A stretch of 64,000 bases of DNA, from NCBI GenBank assembly GCA_028534125.1, contig CM052817.1:71612001-71676000 (forward strand), written 5' to 3'. Of this stretch, positions 34,101 to 47,420 are shown piece by piece (within the stretch, counting starts at the first letter, position 1; each line of letters begins with the position of its first letter). The translations under genes were made by a program, and so were the position numbers. The notes below the pieces were generated by a model, which saw nothing but the letters and a program-made list of their open reading frames with translations, searched no databases and was not told the origin of the DNA. This DNA is from Lama glama (lineage: Eukaryota).

Positions 34101-36560
34101 ATATATTATAGCTATATGGCTTCTTGATGAATTGTCCCTTTTATCACTATATAATGTCTATTCTTGTCTCTTGTTATCTTTTTCGGTTTGGAGTCTACTT
34201 TTTCCTGATCTGAGTATGGCTATACGTGTTTCTTTTGGCTGCCACTTTCTTGGAATATCACCTTCTACCCCTTCACGTTGAGCCTATGTTTACCTGTAGA
34301 GCTGAGATGAGTCTTCTGGAGGCAGCATAAAATTGGGTCTTGTTTTTTAATCCATCCAGCCACTCTGTGTCTTTCAGTTGGTGAATTCAATTCATTTACA
34401 TTTAAAGTGATGACTGATACAGGAGGACTTAGTGCTGCCGTTTTCCCTTTTGTTTTCTGGTTGCTCTATATCTCCATCGTTTCTTAGTCTTTGCGCTATT
34501 GTTTGTCACTTTAGTTTGGTGATTTTCTATAAAATTTTCCTCAGTTTTTTTTCTTTTGTTCATGTCTCTGCTCTAGATTTATATGTTATTATTGCCATAA
34601 GGTCTGTATAAAATATCTCATAGATAAAATAGTCATTTTTCTACTGACATCCTCTTACCTTTATTTGCCTATACCAGGTCTATCCTTGTCCTTTTCCCCT
34701 TGTATGTTCTTGTTGTCTCAAATTAGCCCTGTTTATGTTGTGCTTTTGTTACCAAATTAAAGTAGCTATAATTATTTTTACTGCTTTTTTTCCTTTAAAC
34801 TTTATGCTATATTTAACAATCTATTTTGATATACAGATTTGTATTTTTACAATTCTGTTTGTCTACTTATCACCTTACTCAAAGTTTTGTGTAGTAATGA
34901 ACTCCCTCAGCTTTTGTTTGGGAAAGCCTTTATTTCTCCTTAACATTGAAAGGATAACTGCTGGATGGAGTATCCTTGGCTGACAGTTTTTATCTTTCAA
35001 TATTTAGAGTAGGTCATTCCACTCTCTCCTGACCTGTAGAGTTTCTGAGAAATATGCTGGTAGTGTAAAGGCGGTTCTTTTGTAAGTTTTTACCCCTGTC
35101 TACCTTTGAATTTTTTTCTTTGTCATTGACTTTTGACAGTTTTAATACAATATGTCTTGGAGAAGGTCTTTTTGCATTGAAATAATTACATGTTCTCTTA
35201 GCTTCATAGACTTGTATATCCAGTGTCTTCCCCAGCTTCGGGAATTTCTTAGCTATTATTTCTTTAAATAAATTCTCTGCTCCCTTCACCCTCCCCTCTT
35301 CTTCTGGGATACCTATTTCCTAATCTTGCCCTTCTAAAAGAGTTGGATAGCCCTCGTAGAATTTCTTCAGTTTTTCTAACTTTGAGCTGACTAATTCTCT
35401 CTTTCATAGGTCTGCTCTATTTCCAAATGCATTCTTCATCTCATTTTATAAGTTCTTCAGCTCCAGAATTTCTGTTTGGTTGTTTTTTAGAATTTTGATT
35501 TCTTTGGTAAGAGATCAAAGAGATCTCTTCTGTTCTTTAATTTTTTTCTTGAGCTCACTGAACTGCCTTTCTGAGTTTTCTCGTAGCTCACTGAGTTTCC
35601 TCACAACAGCTATTTTAAATGCTCTATCAGTTAGATTGCTATCACTGTGACTTAAAGTTTGGTTTCTGGAGAATTGTTATTTTCTTTTTGTGATACTGTG
35701 TTTTCGTGGCTTTTCATGGTGCTTGATGATCTGTTCTTCTGCTGGCGTGTTTGAAGTAGCAAACATCTTTCATCCTTAGGTAAAGCTTTTTTTACTTGAT
35801 TCTGACAGTTCAACAAACTGGTAATTAGAGATCTTTCTTTTGGTTTTCAGTAGGTGGGGCTATAGTACAAAATTTTGGTTTCTCTTACCTGAGCTGCTGT
35901 TGGCTACATTTGAGAATAGGCACTTCCCACCCTCTAATTCCTCTGCCAGACATGTCACTCTGTGCCCTTCTTGTTGCTGCTTGTGCCCCCAGGGTTGCTT
36001 GTGTCTTGCTGCTGCTGGTGTTGCTGCGATTGCTGGCACTGCCACCTAGGGAACTGGGATGGTGGGTGCCTCCACCACGTCTGGGTAATGGGCACTGCAG
36101 CCATGTGGGGAGGGGAGAAGCCGGGTCATGAGCATCTCTGCTATAACTGAGGTTGTCAGGTTCACAGGTGCCTCTGTGACTGGACAGACCAGGGTCACAG
36201 GCCCCTCTGCTGCTGTTACCCAGTTCCCTGCGGCCATGGGTGCCTCTGTGGTTGGGAGGCCAGAGTCATGTGTGCTGTCTCACCTCCTACTGCTACTGGG
36301 TTCTCTGGGGCTACAGGCTCACCTGCTGCAGCTCTGGGGCCAGGATTGCAGGTACCACCTTAGCTGTTTTCCTGGTTCTGCCTCCTCTGTGTGTTCCAAT
36401 CCACCCATCTTTAGATGTAAGATGTGTGGGATTCTCCAGCATCCTGGGGTGGTGAACAGAGGCACTGTCGTTGGGTTAGGGATGTTTTACTGGTTGTAAA
36501 TTGAATGGGAGGGACAAAGGGAGCATCTCATGCTGCCATGATGCTGATGTCATTATCCAG
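31192..36560 (-). mobile_element. Near full-length decayed LINE-1 (5' UTR, ORF1, ORF2 with internal RT deletion, 3' UTR)
   Basis: ORF1 peptide KGAENLFKEIIAKKFPKLGKTLDIQVYEAKRT. EN peptide MDLINLYRTFYSNAAENTFFSTVHG. Linker NLEEMNKFLESYDL. TSD aactttctattttt (31178-31191) and aactttgtattttt (36561-36574). Confidence 0.95.
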
Positions 36561-36734
36561 AACTTTGTATTTTTATGTTGCCAATTTATCATTCTTTTCT
36601 TTTTTGAACTCTGAGTTTTGTAATATAGTTGAAAAGCATTTTCCCTACTTAAAACCATATGAAGATCATTTTACATTTTCTTCTAGTATTTTAGCACATT
36701 TCTTTTTTAACTATCATCATTTTGACATGATTTT

Positions 36735-37370
36735 GTGATAGCCTCTCAAAGAATCTCCCTACCTCCAGCCCTTGGATACCTTGAATCCATTTTTAACACT
36801 ATGGCCACAATTATCTTTAAAATGCAAGTTGGACCCTGTTACTTTTCTGCTCAAAATAGTGCATGATTTCTATAACCCACGGATAGAGGTCAGCTCCTTA
36901 ACGTGTCACACTCAGTGATGTGAATGCTGTTTTTTACCCCTCATAGGCTCTTCCAGAGACCACTCCAGAGATCATTTCCATGACTATTCGTAGATGTTCC
37001 TTCTGTCTGACAACTTTGGCTTATACCACTTAAGTCCATCTCCTTGGGCAACCCTTGTTAACCCACCACTGATCTGTTCAGCTATCACCTCCTTCATGAA
37101 GCCTCCCCTGATCTCTGCCCAAGGTAAATCTATGCACTTTTATTATGTATTCCTCAAGTTGTGGCATTGGCTGGTTTACTTATCTTTTCCAGTGTTGCTC
37201 CTTATGCCTCTGGGGTCACCGTGTCAGCTGTGAAACCATCAGCGGCAAGGCATCAGTAATCCTAGATGTACAAGCTGCAAGGGCCCTGTTTTATTAATGT
37301 TTGCGTTCCCAGTACATACACATATTTTAGAACATAGCAACAGCTTAACAATGGTTTTCTGAAATGAAAT
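36735..37370 (+). mobile_element. L2 fragments
   Basis: gatagcctctcaaagaatctccctacctccagccc...tcacctccttcatgaagcctcccctgatc, ending in a gaaatgaaatga tail. Confidence 0.65.
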
Positions 37371-37389
37371 GAGGTTCCTTGTTTTGTTT

Positions 37390-37578
37390 CAGTGTTACTC
37401 AAAGCAGGATTAAGAACCACTTGCATTAGAATAACCTGAGGTGCTTATAAAAAAATGGAGGCCATTGGGCCCATCCCAGACATATCAAATCAGAGTCTCT
37501 AGGGATGAGGTGCAGAAATCCTCCTTTTTGTTAATCCCCTAGGTGATTCTTATTTACTCTAAAGTTTGAAAATCACTG
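37390..37578. mobile_element. MER5 hAT-Charlie MITE
   Basis: TIRs cagtgttactcaaa...tttgaaaatcactg with internal aatcagagtctctagggatg. Confidence 0.85.
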
Positions 37579-38139
37579 TTATTGCTTAGACTTACAAATG
37601 GCTTTTAAACATGACACATGAGAATGGGGGACCACTTGGAGAAAAAAAGTACGAATATTATAATGAGGGGGAAGGTAAATTAATTTGTGGTAGGTCCATA
37701 AAATGCAGTAATATACAACTGTTATAATTGATGAGCTAGATAGATGTTCTCTTATATAAGTTCTTTAAGAGCTATTGTTAATTTAGAAAAAGACCAAAGG
37801 CAGTACCATGTGGTTATGCATATGCTCAGAAAACCTTCTGGAAGTTTACACAGACAATTGTTAATAATGCTTATCTCTAGGGAATGGGTGGAGTGCCTGG
37901 GCAGTTGTAAGCTTGTATCATTATCTGTACTCTTCTAGCTACACTGTGTGAACTTTTTCATGTGCCTTTTTTACTTTTATAATAATATTATTTAAATTTA
38001 AAATCTTTCTTGATGATTCACATGTTAAAATGTTAAATTACTTTTCCATAGTATATCATTAATTTTTTTTTTCTATTTCTAAACTTGGCAACAAGTAATT
38101 CAGTGAAGGAAGCTCAGGCTCTGATAATCAGAAAAACCT

Positions 38140-38480
38140 GGCTTTTTAAAAAAATTGAGGTTAACTTCACACAACATAAAATTAACCATCTTAAAATGAA
38201 CAATTCAGTGGCATTGAGTGCATTCACTGTTGGGCAAGCACCACCTCTGTATAGTTCCAAAATATTTTCAGTGCAGTTTCACTGGCAGCCAACAATCTGT
38301 GTTCTGTTTCTATGGATTTACTTATTCTGGATATTTCATACAAATGGAATTGCACCACATGTGATGTTTTATGTCTGGCTTCTTTCACTTAGCAAAATGC
38401 TTTCTAGGTTCATCCACATCGTAAAGCATGTATCAGTACTTCATGCCTTTTTAAGGATGGATAATATTCTATTATATGGA
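38140..38480 (-). mobile_element. L1MB-type 3' UTR fragment
   Basis: ttgaggttaacttcacacaacataaaattaacc...caattcagtggcattgagtgcattcac...tctatggatttacttattctggatatttcata. Confidence 0.85.
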
Positions 38481-38643
38481 TATAAGATCTGGCTTCGAGA
38501 ACAGACTCCACTTAGTTCTTGGCTTCAAATGGGCAAGACATGTAACCTCTCCGAGCCTCAATTTCCTGAACTCTAAAATAAGAATTTAGACATTGCATCA
38601 CAGACTTGTGTGCATAAAATGATGGGATACATATGAAAGTCCT

Positions 38644-39280
38644 TGCTACGTGATCAGGCCAAGCGGAAGGTGCCAGATCTAGACCAAGAGCTGGAGGCAA
38701 GGGCTGCAGGCTGCAGAAAGAACTCCAGCTGGAAAGAGGACAAGGGTCTGAGGGTGGCTGTCAAGGCAAGTTGTTGGCATCAGAGAATCTTGGCAGAGAG
38801 GAATGCAGTGTCCCATCGATGGCTAGAACACAGGATCGGGGCATCTAGGAAACTCTGAATTCAGAGATTCCCACAAGGAGACAGAGAGGACAGCCTCCTT
38901 TTGGGGCTAAGGGCAAACCTGTTATCTCAGTGGAGGAGAGGCAGGAACTGTCATTTAAGTAGGAACTCTGCCTCTAGGGAAGTTGACAAGGAGCAGGTTA
39001 CCAGATGTGAGGGAACAGAGCAGCTCTCACAGTTAGAAAGAGGGAACTGAGTCAGTCTGGTGTTGACTGATGCTGATGCTGAGTGTTGAACTAGTTTCCT
39101 TCCTGTCCAGGGGCAAGATTGATCCCCAAAACTCTCTTTTTGGGAAACGCGGGGGAACTTGAGGGGTGAGGCAGGGCACCTCTGTGAGCAGCCATTTGCA
39201 CAGAGTTTCAAGTGATGCGTGGTTGTGGCTCTTTTCTTCCTCATAACTCCGTAAGTTATATAGATTGTGTCTCCATAACA
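38644..39280 (-). mobile_element. Putative solo LTR of uncertain family, apparently inserted in a MIR
   Basis: GC-elevated block reading TGTTATGG...GTAGCA on -. MIR core at about 38500-38643 on the left and MIR-tail-like sequence on the right. Confidence 0.4.
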
Positions 39281-40124
39281 TCACGATAGCCAGTTCAGTC
39301 GGTCAAAATTAGGTCAGTAAAACTGGTTATTTGAAAAACAAATTCATTTAAGGATTTTTTTCATTATTCTGCTATCATTTTATAAGTTTGATCATAGAAT
39401 AATAAAAAGGCTTTTAAATATTTTTAGATTATCTAATGGCTTATGTAATTTACAAATAATAATTGCCTACATCAACCATCCAAAATCCACAAACTCAACA
39501 TCAGAAGGGTAAGTCACTGTATGAAGGGGAGGCACTGCCTTTGTCTCATTGTTTAGGAACTGTGTTTAATAGCGCCTTTGCTTCCAGGAATTGCTCTTCT
39601 GTCCCTGGATGATACGTCAGCAACGGAATTTGCTGAAACAGGACAACTTTGCTTTTATGGGCCTTTGCTATGGGACAGTTAATATCCTGTGTCTGCCTCC
39701 TCATTCAGCTGTGACAGGATTGTTCAGGGGACTCTCAACAGAAGGTCCCTGTGTTCCTCTCTGGTTAATGATACACTGTGCTCCCTAAGAGAAGAAGTGA
39801 CCCTTCTAAGTTCACCAACCTTGTGACCACAGCCTGGACCCTTTGTCCCATTGGTGCCACTTCTCCTTCTATCATGTAGTGCGCAATCAGCTGTTTGAAG
39901 TAGGATATTATTAGCATAAGGTGCATATGTACAGTTGAATTAGAAACAGCTTAGTTACATTTCCTCTGTTAGCCCACAAGTTTGGCTTTTTTAGTTCTAA
40001 CCAAATAACTACATCTTCCTATCTCAACCCTGCTCATTCTCTGAGGCCCCCAGACTCTTACAGATTGAGTTTAATAATATTACAACTATAATTAAACTAA
40101 ACATCTACTGTGTGCTAGATGTGT

Positions 40125-40395
40125 CAACTACAATAGCTATCTCTTACTGATGGCTTACTGTGTGCCAGTCATTGTTCTAAGCACTTTACCTGTATTATCT
40201 CATTTAATCTTCCCAACAACGCTATGCATGGGTACCGGTACCAGTTCCATATTAAAGATGATAAAACTGAGGCCCAGGGAGGTTTAGTAACTCACCCAAG
40301 GTTATATGCCTTGTAAATATTAAAGCTAGATCGGAATCCCTGAAGTCTAGTTTCTGAAGCTGCACTCTTAACTGCTACCCTATACCATTTTGCTT
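40125..40395 (-). mobile_element. MIR SINE, near full length
   Basis: gcttactgtgtgccag...atctcatttaatcttcccaacaac...gatgataaaactgaggcccagggaggtttagtaactcacccaagg. Confidence 0.92.
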
Positions 40396-40409
40396 TACAA
40401 ACACTATCT

Positions 40410-41060
40410 ATAGCTAATATGTACTAAGCATCTACTGTGGACCGGAAACAATGTCCAGTGCTAGGATAATACTAATTGGAATTAAAAAAAAATCCCTGCC
40501 CTTATGTAGCTTCCACTTTAGTTTTAGAAAAAGACAACAGAAAATACAAATAAGTAAAATATATAATATGTTAACTAATGACAACTGCTAAGAGGAAAAA
40601 CCAGTGCTCAAGAAGTACAGGGGGGAGGGCTAAAATTTTTGACAGAGTGCCAAAGAGAGGCCTAAAAGAGTGACATTTGAGTAAAGAAAGCCACATGGAT
40701 ATCTGGAGAAGCACATCCCAGGCAAGAGTGGAGCCAGTGCCAAGGTCTCCGAGGTAGAAGATGCCTGGTATAGTTGAAGGACAGCAAGGAAGCCTGTGGG
40801 GCTGCTGTGCACAGAGTAAAGGGAAAGCCACAGGACAGGAGGTCAGAGAGGTAACAAGGGACAAGATCTGATAGGGCCGTTATTACGGACTTGGGCTTTT
40901 ACTTTGAGTGTGATGGAGGAACTGCTCAGAGTTACAGAGAATGGCTTGATTTGCTGGGCTGGATGCAGGCTGGACGGGGAACAGCCATGAAGTCAGGGAG
41001 ACCATGAATGTTTCCAATATTCCAGTGAGAGATGATGGTGGCTTGGGCTGGAGTGTACGG
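40410..41060 (-). mobile_element. L2 3' portion
   Basis: tatgtactaagcatctactgtg...gtgacatttgag...tttactttgagtgtgatgg...gtgagagatgatggtggcttgg. Confidence 0.85.
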
Positions 41061-41074
41061 AGTAGTGGTAGTAC

Positions 41075-41250
41075 CTATTTCAGAGAAGACATTCTTATTC
41101 CAGTTTTACAGATTAAGAAATTGAGACTCAAAGAGGTTAGGTAATTGGTCCAAAGTATACTAGCCAGTGAGAGTAACCCCTGGAAGAAAACCCATTTACG
41201 ATTTTTGCTGGAGGCCACGTTCTTGCTTCCACTACACCAAGAATCTTTGA
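41075..41250 (-). mobile_element. MIR SINE
   Basis: ttattccagttttacagattaagaaattgagactcaaagaggttaggtaattggtccaaag. Confidence 0.8.
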
Positions 41251-41699
41251 AGCACAATCCTCAATTTAAAGTCAAAAAAATTAAATTAAAATTTTTTTTT
41301 AAAAGTCAAAATCACATCCTCCTCAAATTAAAGATAAAGATACCTTGGATTTTGTAAAGTGATATCTCTCAAATTGGTTGACCTGTCTACTGATTTATCC
41401 ATCAAATCTCACACGTTTAGGGAGAGTTGCTATTGAAATGTTTCCTTCAAGTCATGCCAGGTATGAAGACTGGAAAGTACAGTGGCTGTGGGGAGGTGGA
41501 ACATGAGTAAGGTAAGAGGGAGGGACTCAGAAAGGCAGAAACTGGAGTGTCAGATAGGACATGACAATATCCTCATGTACATCTAGATTTGGGAGCCTGA
41601 GGGTCCACTTTGTCTCCTCTCCTCATTTGATCTTATCTAGCAAGTTAGAATTTTTTTCCCCAAAATGGGGTCATGTTAATTTTTCACCAATGATCAAAA

Positions 41700-43330
41700 G
41701 AATATTTGGAATTTGGCTCAATATGGTGGATTGAGCCCACGTTCCTGCCTCTCATTCATCCCAATGACCGACAATGTCTCTAACATGCTGGAAAATGAGA
41801 AGAGATGCTTGTTATTTTCTGTGGAGGACAAGGTAAGAAATCCCCAAAAGATGGAAAGTAGACGGAGGGAACTACAGCCCCAACTTGCAACAAAAGACTG
41901 CTGCCAAAGACAGGAGTGGCTCTAAACAGGTTTAGGAGAAGAGAATATAAGACCAGGAGGGAGCTCTGTGGAAATGGTCAGGGAAAGCACTGGGGCACCA
42001 GAATGGGAGCAGCTGGGTGCTGTGCCAAGCAGTGACCAGGAGAGTCACCCGCCTCAGGGAGGAGCCACGTGTGCAGTGCCCCCGAGACAGCACAAACCTC
42101 CCGGTGGCAGCCACACAAAGAGAAACCAAGAGTCCAGATGGCCAGCTCCTGAGATAGTCTATCCGGAAGCTCAACCTGCCCCTCTCGTTCCATCTCAGGA
42201 GATGTGGTAAAACCGGAGAAGAAAATATACACAGAACTTCTAGTTTTCTTTATGGGATTTTTAGCACCATTTAATTTTTTTAACTTATATGAAAGTATTA
42301 TTTTGACAAAAATCAAATTAAAATGTTTTATAAGTAAGGTTAGCCACTAGAAGAAAAGACACTGTATGTGTTATGTATATTTACATATATATGAAATAAA
42401 AAACAGCTTAATCTATCCAAAAAACAGATACAAAGAGAAAAAAGAAGAAAAAATAGAGAAAAAACAAAATATAATGGTTATGAGTTCCACACTATAAATA
42501 ATCAGTTATATTAAAAAATACTTTCAGATTAGAGTAATGAGATAGTTTCATAGTGAAAAACTATGAAAAGTAGAAAATAAAGGATTGGCTAAAGAAATAT
42601 CAGGTGAATGTAATAATAACAACAGAAAAACAGGAATAGAAATATTCATATCATACCAGACAGGATCAAAGTTAAAAGCATTTTAAGAAAGCAATTATTT
42701 CATAATAATGAAAGGTTCATCCCCAAAAGATACAACAGTCATGAGATTTTATGCCTCTAAATACACAGGACTGCAATAAAGCAAAAACTAATGGAAATAC
42801 AAGAATACATGAACAAGCCCACAATCACACACACACACACTTCTCTCAGAAACTGATAGGCCAAGTAGACTAAAAATAAGCAATGATTAAAAATTTGAAT
42901 ACTAAACTTAACAATCTTGACCTAATAGTAACATACATTTTTATACAAAAATCTCTATTAGTGCACGACTGTAAGTTAATATACCTTTTTAAAAACTATA
43001 CATAGAACATTTTAAACCTTGATGCTATATTGGGCCACAAGGGAAATTCTGACAAAATTCCAAAAGCAGAAATTATATAATTTTCACTGGCATGACACAA
43101 TAATGTTAAACTGTTAAAATTAGTAACAAGATACCCCAAACCTAAAAAAATCTAACAAAATCATATCTTTGAAAATTTTGAAAATACACTTTAAAAAACA
43201 TGACTTAAGGAACATCACAAAATGTTTAGAAATTAATAGTGGGGTCACTATATATTCACAGAGTTCAGCTAAAGCCGTTTTCAGAAATAAGCTTACAGAA
43301 ATAAATCGACAAAACAAGAAGGAAATCTCT
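41700..43330 (+). mobile_element. Ancient L1 (L1M-type): 5' region and decayed ORF2 endonuclease segment
   Basis: aatatggtggattgagcccac 5'-end-like start. EN-like cataataatgaaaggttcatccccaaaagatacaacagtc...cttctctcagaaactgatagg. Confidence 0.6.
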
Positions 43331-43349
43331 AAGCAACCCTATTACAGTT

Positions 43350-44690
43350 GCTATCTACTCACTCTTCCACACTCCCAGATAATTCCTTCTCCTTCTCTTT
43401 TTCTTTCCTCAGCCTTCCAATATTTATTTGCTCACCACCTTCAATTCCAGCTGCTAAACTTGCTTCTGATTTCACTGGAAATATCAAGGCAATGAGAACT
43501 TGTTCCCACTCCAACATGCACCAACCCTCCTGTTCACTACCCGTGAGCCTACTTTGTCTTCTCTCACTTTGAATGAACTGCCCGTTGCTGCTGTCAAAGT
43601 TGGGTATCTCCAAGTTCAGCTCTCATCTTCTCATAGACATCCCTCCAGTAATTGCCCCCCTCCTCTCCTGTATCATCAAGTTTTCCCTCTCACTTAGATC
43701 ATTTCCATCAGCTGCTAACATGTTGCTATATTATTATAAGAAAAATCCTGTCTCTTGACTCTACATCCCCCTCCAAGTACAGCTCCATTTCCGTACTCCC
43801 TTACTGCAAAGCTACTCAGAAATGCTGTCAAGACTTTACATCTCCAAGTCCTCTCCATTCATCCCCTACCGAACTCATGCTCCAATTAGTATTGTGGCCC
43901 CACCATTTCACTGAGCAAATCTTGTCCCCTTAGCCAACGACCTCCATGGTTCTAAACCCAATGGTCACTTCTTGGTCCTCATCTGTGACCTGGAGCAAGC
44001 AGCCTCTGATATAGCTGACCCGCTCTCCCTGAAACTCCTGCCCCATGTGACTTCCTAGAAGCCATCCCTCTTTGGTTTTTCTCTTATCTAACTGGCAACT
44101 TCTTCGAAGTCTCTCTTCTTTTTTTCATAGTCTTCATCTCTAGGTGTTGGGGTGCATATCAGGGCACATTTGGGGAACACTTTCTCTTTTCTACCCACAC
44201 CCACTCCTTAGATGATTTTAAATACTATACATCACCAAACGTTCCTAAATTTATGTCTCCAGCCTGGCCCTCTCCTCTGAAATCTAGATTTATAGTCCAT
44301 GTCCTACTTGACGTCTCTGCTTGGATGTCTAACAAACACCTCAAACATACATTCAAAACTGAACTCGTCATTCCCCCACCAAGCCTGTCCATCTTGCAGT
44401 CTTCCCTCTCAGTAAATGGCAAATCTCACCTTCTCAATGAAGTCTCCCTGACCATACCTAAAATCACAAACTTTCCCCACAACCAGGACTCCCTATGCTC
44501 CCTCCCTGCTTTTCCTGACAGCATTTATCATTCTTTGACATACTAAATATACTATTGTTTTTTTAAATTTTAACAATAAAAGCTCAGTGGATAATGATGA
44601 TTTGATCTCTTTTGCTCACTTGCTGTATCCCCAGAGCATAGAATATTATGTGGGTTCTATGGGCACTCACTATGTATTTATTGAGTGAAT
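43350..44690 (+). mobile_element. L2 element
   Basis: ctaaacccaatggtcacttc...tgcttggatgtctaacaaacacctcaaacatacattcaaaactgaactc...tatttattgagtgaatgaatg. Confidence 0.88.
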
Positions 44691-44699
44691 GAATGGACA

Positions 44700-45060
44700 G
44701 ACAGGGACAATTCCAGGGTTTTGTCTTCAGCTATTGGAAAGATGAAGTCACGTTTTACTGAGGTGGGGAACACTGTGGAAGGAGCAGAATTGAAGAAAGA
44801 AAGAGCAGAGTTCAGCTTTGGACATATTAAGTTTGAAGCATCCACTAAAAATCCAAGTAGAGATGTTGAGTGGGTCAGGGGAATGAATGCATGCTACTGG
44901 AGCTTGAGGAGAGGTTCATGCTGAATAAAAAATAATTGAGCCATCAGTATATAATACAAAACTCAAAGCCATAGGAATGCTGAGGTCATCTAGAGAGTAG
45001 AGGAAGTTTAGAGAAAAGAACAGTTCCAAGGATTGAGCCTTGGAACAATCCAAGGTTAGA
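44700..45060 (-). mobile_element. L2 fragment
   Basis: gagttcagctttggacatattaagtttgaagcatccactaaaaatccaagtagagatgttgag. Confidence 0.8.
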
Positions 45061-45169
45061 GTTTAATGGCTTGACATTTTGCTAACAGGCTAAACAAAAG
45101 GAAGACAAATTCATGCCCTTCTGCTTTTTAAATTTAAATATAAGAAATTTAAATGAGATAAAACTTTAA

Positions 45170-46070
45170 AAAATTTTACATAAATTAAAAGCAAAAATGT
45201 CATGGGCAATGTCTTGATTAAATAGGAGCAAAACCATAAACTGCATATTAAAAACTAACAATGTGTAATAACATTCCTTGAAAAGTTTTTGAAGGATATA
45301 AAAGGACATCAGAAGAAATAAAAAGATATACCACATTCTGGCGAGGGGAGATTCAAGTTGAAAGTTGTCAATCCCCAATTAATAAAACATTCCAACGTAA
45401 TTTTTCATGGAAATTAACTATATGACTCTAAATTTAATCTAGGAAAGAAAAATAGATAAAAGTAGCCAAAATTATTTTAAAATGAAGAAGGGGAGACTTG
45501 CCCAATCAGATATCAAAAGTTACTACGGTAATATTCAAAATGGCATAGTATTTTTGCAGAAATAAATAGGCAAAATAAAAACAGAGTCACATACAGAAAT
45601 TGACCCATGCACATATGGGAATTTAGTTTATCAAAAAGTGACATTTTTAACTCAATAGAAACATGATGGTCAATTAAGTTTTTATTGAACTTTTTGAATT
45701 TATTTTTATTGGGACAATCAATTACCCATTAAAAATGATACTTTACACCACTTAAAATACATTTCAGAAGGAATAAAGAGATAAATCTGAAACCAAAATT
45801 ATAAAAATGTCAAAATAAATATATATCTCTGTCTAACATTGGGGAGATAAGGCCTCTTTAAAGATGAAAAAGTCAGGGATCATACAGGAAAACATAAAAA
45901 ATCAAATTGTGGTAAACAAAAGACACCAAGACAAATATGTGCAATATATAAAACAGACAAGTATACATTTAAGGAATGTGTAAAAACACCCATAAATCAG
46001 CAGGAAAAAGTTACCCCATGGAATAGGGAGGGAAAAAAAAAGAAAAGAAAAAATCATAAAAGGCACTGTT
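45170..46070 (+). mobile_element. Ancient L1 (L1ME-type) ORF2 3' fragment
   Basis: aagatataccacattctgg...gggagacttgcccaatcagatatcaaa...gacccatgcacatatgggaatttagtttat. Confidence 0.75.
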
Positions 46071-46149
46071 CTAGACATGCAGATCAAAATCTTCCCTGGA
46101 TTCACTATTTTATATTTAACCAAAATCTGATTAATAGAAATTTAAGTTG

Positions 46150-46620
46150 TTTTTACTCTTATACATAGTAGACACTGCTGTGATGAACTTCCATGTTCAG
46201 AACTGGGACAAACATCTTTGAACATTTTAATTATTTTCCTAGAATAAATTGCTCACAGTGGGATTATTGGATTGAAGGGAATGCAGAATACAATTTTGCT
46301 ACATATTTCCATATTGCTTCCAGAAAGCTTGTGTGACCAAGGTATGAGATTTCTTAATCTCAAATGCCCTTCGTAATATGAAATATTATGTATCTTCTAA
46401 AATCTTGGCAATATTATAAGTAGAAAATTATATCTACATTGTCTTCATTTGCATATCCTTAGTGATAAATGTGGTTGAGGCTGTTTTAGAATTTATTTAC
46501 CATTTATAAAATTTTGGGAATTGTCTGTTCATGTCCTTTGTTTTTTCTATTGGAACATTCATCTTTTTCTTATTAAAGTATTCTAAAGTTATTAGCACGA
46601 TGCCAAATATTTTTCAAAAT
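46150..46620 (-). mobile_element. Ancient L1 (L1ME-type) fragment
   Basis: tagaataaattgctcacagtgggattattggattgaaggg...gaattgtctgttcatgtcctttg. Confidence 0.7.
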
Positions 46621-46948
46621 TGTATCCAGTGAAGTTTTGTTAGAGCTCACTTTACAATCACCGGCAGGGCTAAGTGATTGCACAACAAATTAGTGATAGG
46701 ACCACAACTGAATCTAAGGGACCTTACTCCCAGCACAGGATTTTCCCCATTTCTTCTGCAGTGCTTAAAAAGCAGACCTAAAAATATTAACAAGTCAGTC
46801 ATTGTTCTACTGGCTTATGGGAGCAAAGGGTAGGTAATGTTATTTACCAATATTTTAGGATGTTTCTCATGACGCCCTTAAAAGCCACAATTCTTGGCTA
46901 AGTATTCTAAGTTCTTTGAATTCCAAGGTCTTAGATATTGCAGAGTTT

Positions 46949-47420
46949 TGAATTAGTTAGAATTCTTTGGGTTACAAGTGACAGAGAACTAACTTAAATT
47001 CGTAAGGTAAACAGATGCATTATTGGAAAGATCCGAGGGCACGTCACTACCTGTGAAAAAGACTTGCGTGAGACTGAGGCTTAGGGCCTGGATCACTGAT
47101 AGCTCTTCATCTCCCACCGGGATTCTCTCCTGTTGCAGATCAGTCCCTCGGCCTGAAGATACAATTGATGGTCAACAGCTCCTCAGCCTCATGCTCCTTG
47201 ATTTCGACTACTAGGGAGCAGCCTACCTGTAACTTCTCTAGTCCTGAGTTTTAAAATGGCGGAGAAAGATTATAACTGAGTCAGCTTCGGTCTGGTGTCC
47301 ATCACTTGACTGTAAGATCACAGCAGCGCCCATTTAAGCTGTGTGCTTGGAGTGAGGTTGGACATTTTCCAGAAGAAGCAGGGGAGGGATTTTGTTAACA
47401 GAAGTGAGAGGCACCTGGCA
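46949..47420 (-). mobile_element. Old MaLR LTR (MLT1K/L-like)
   Basis: tgaattagttagaattctttgggttacaagtgacagagaactaacttaaa. Confidence 0.65.
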
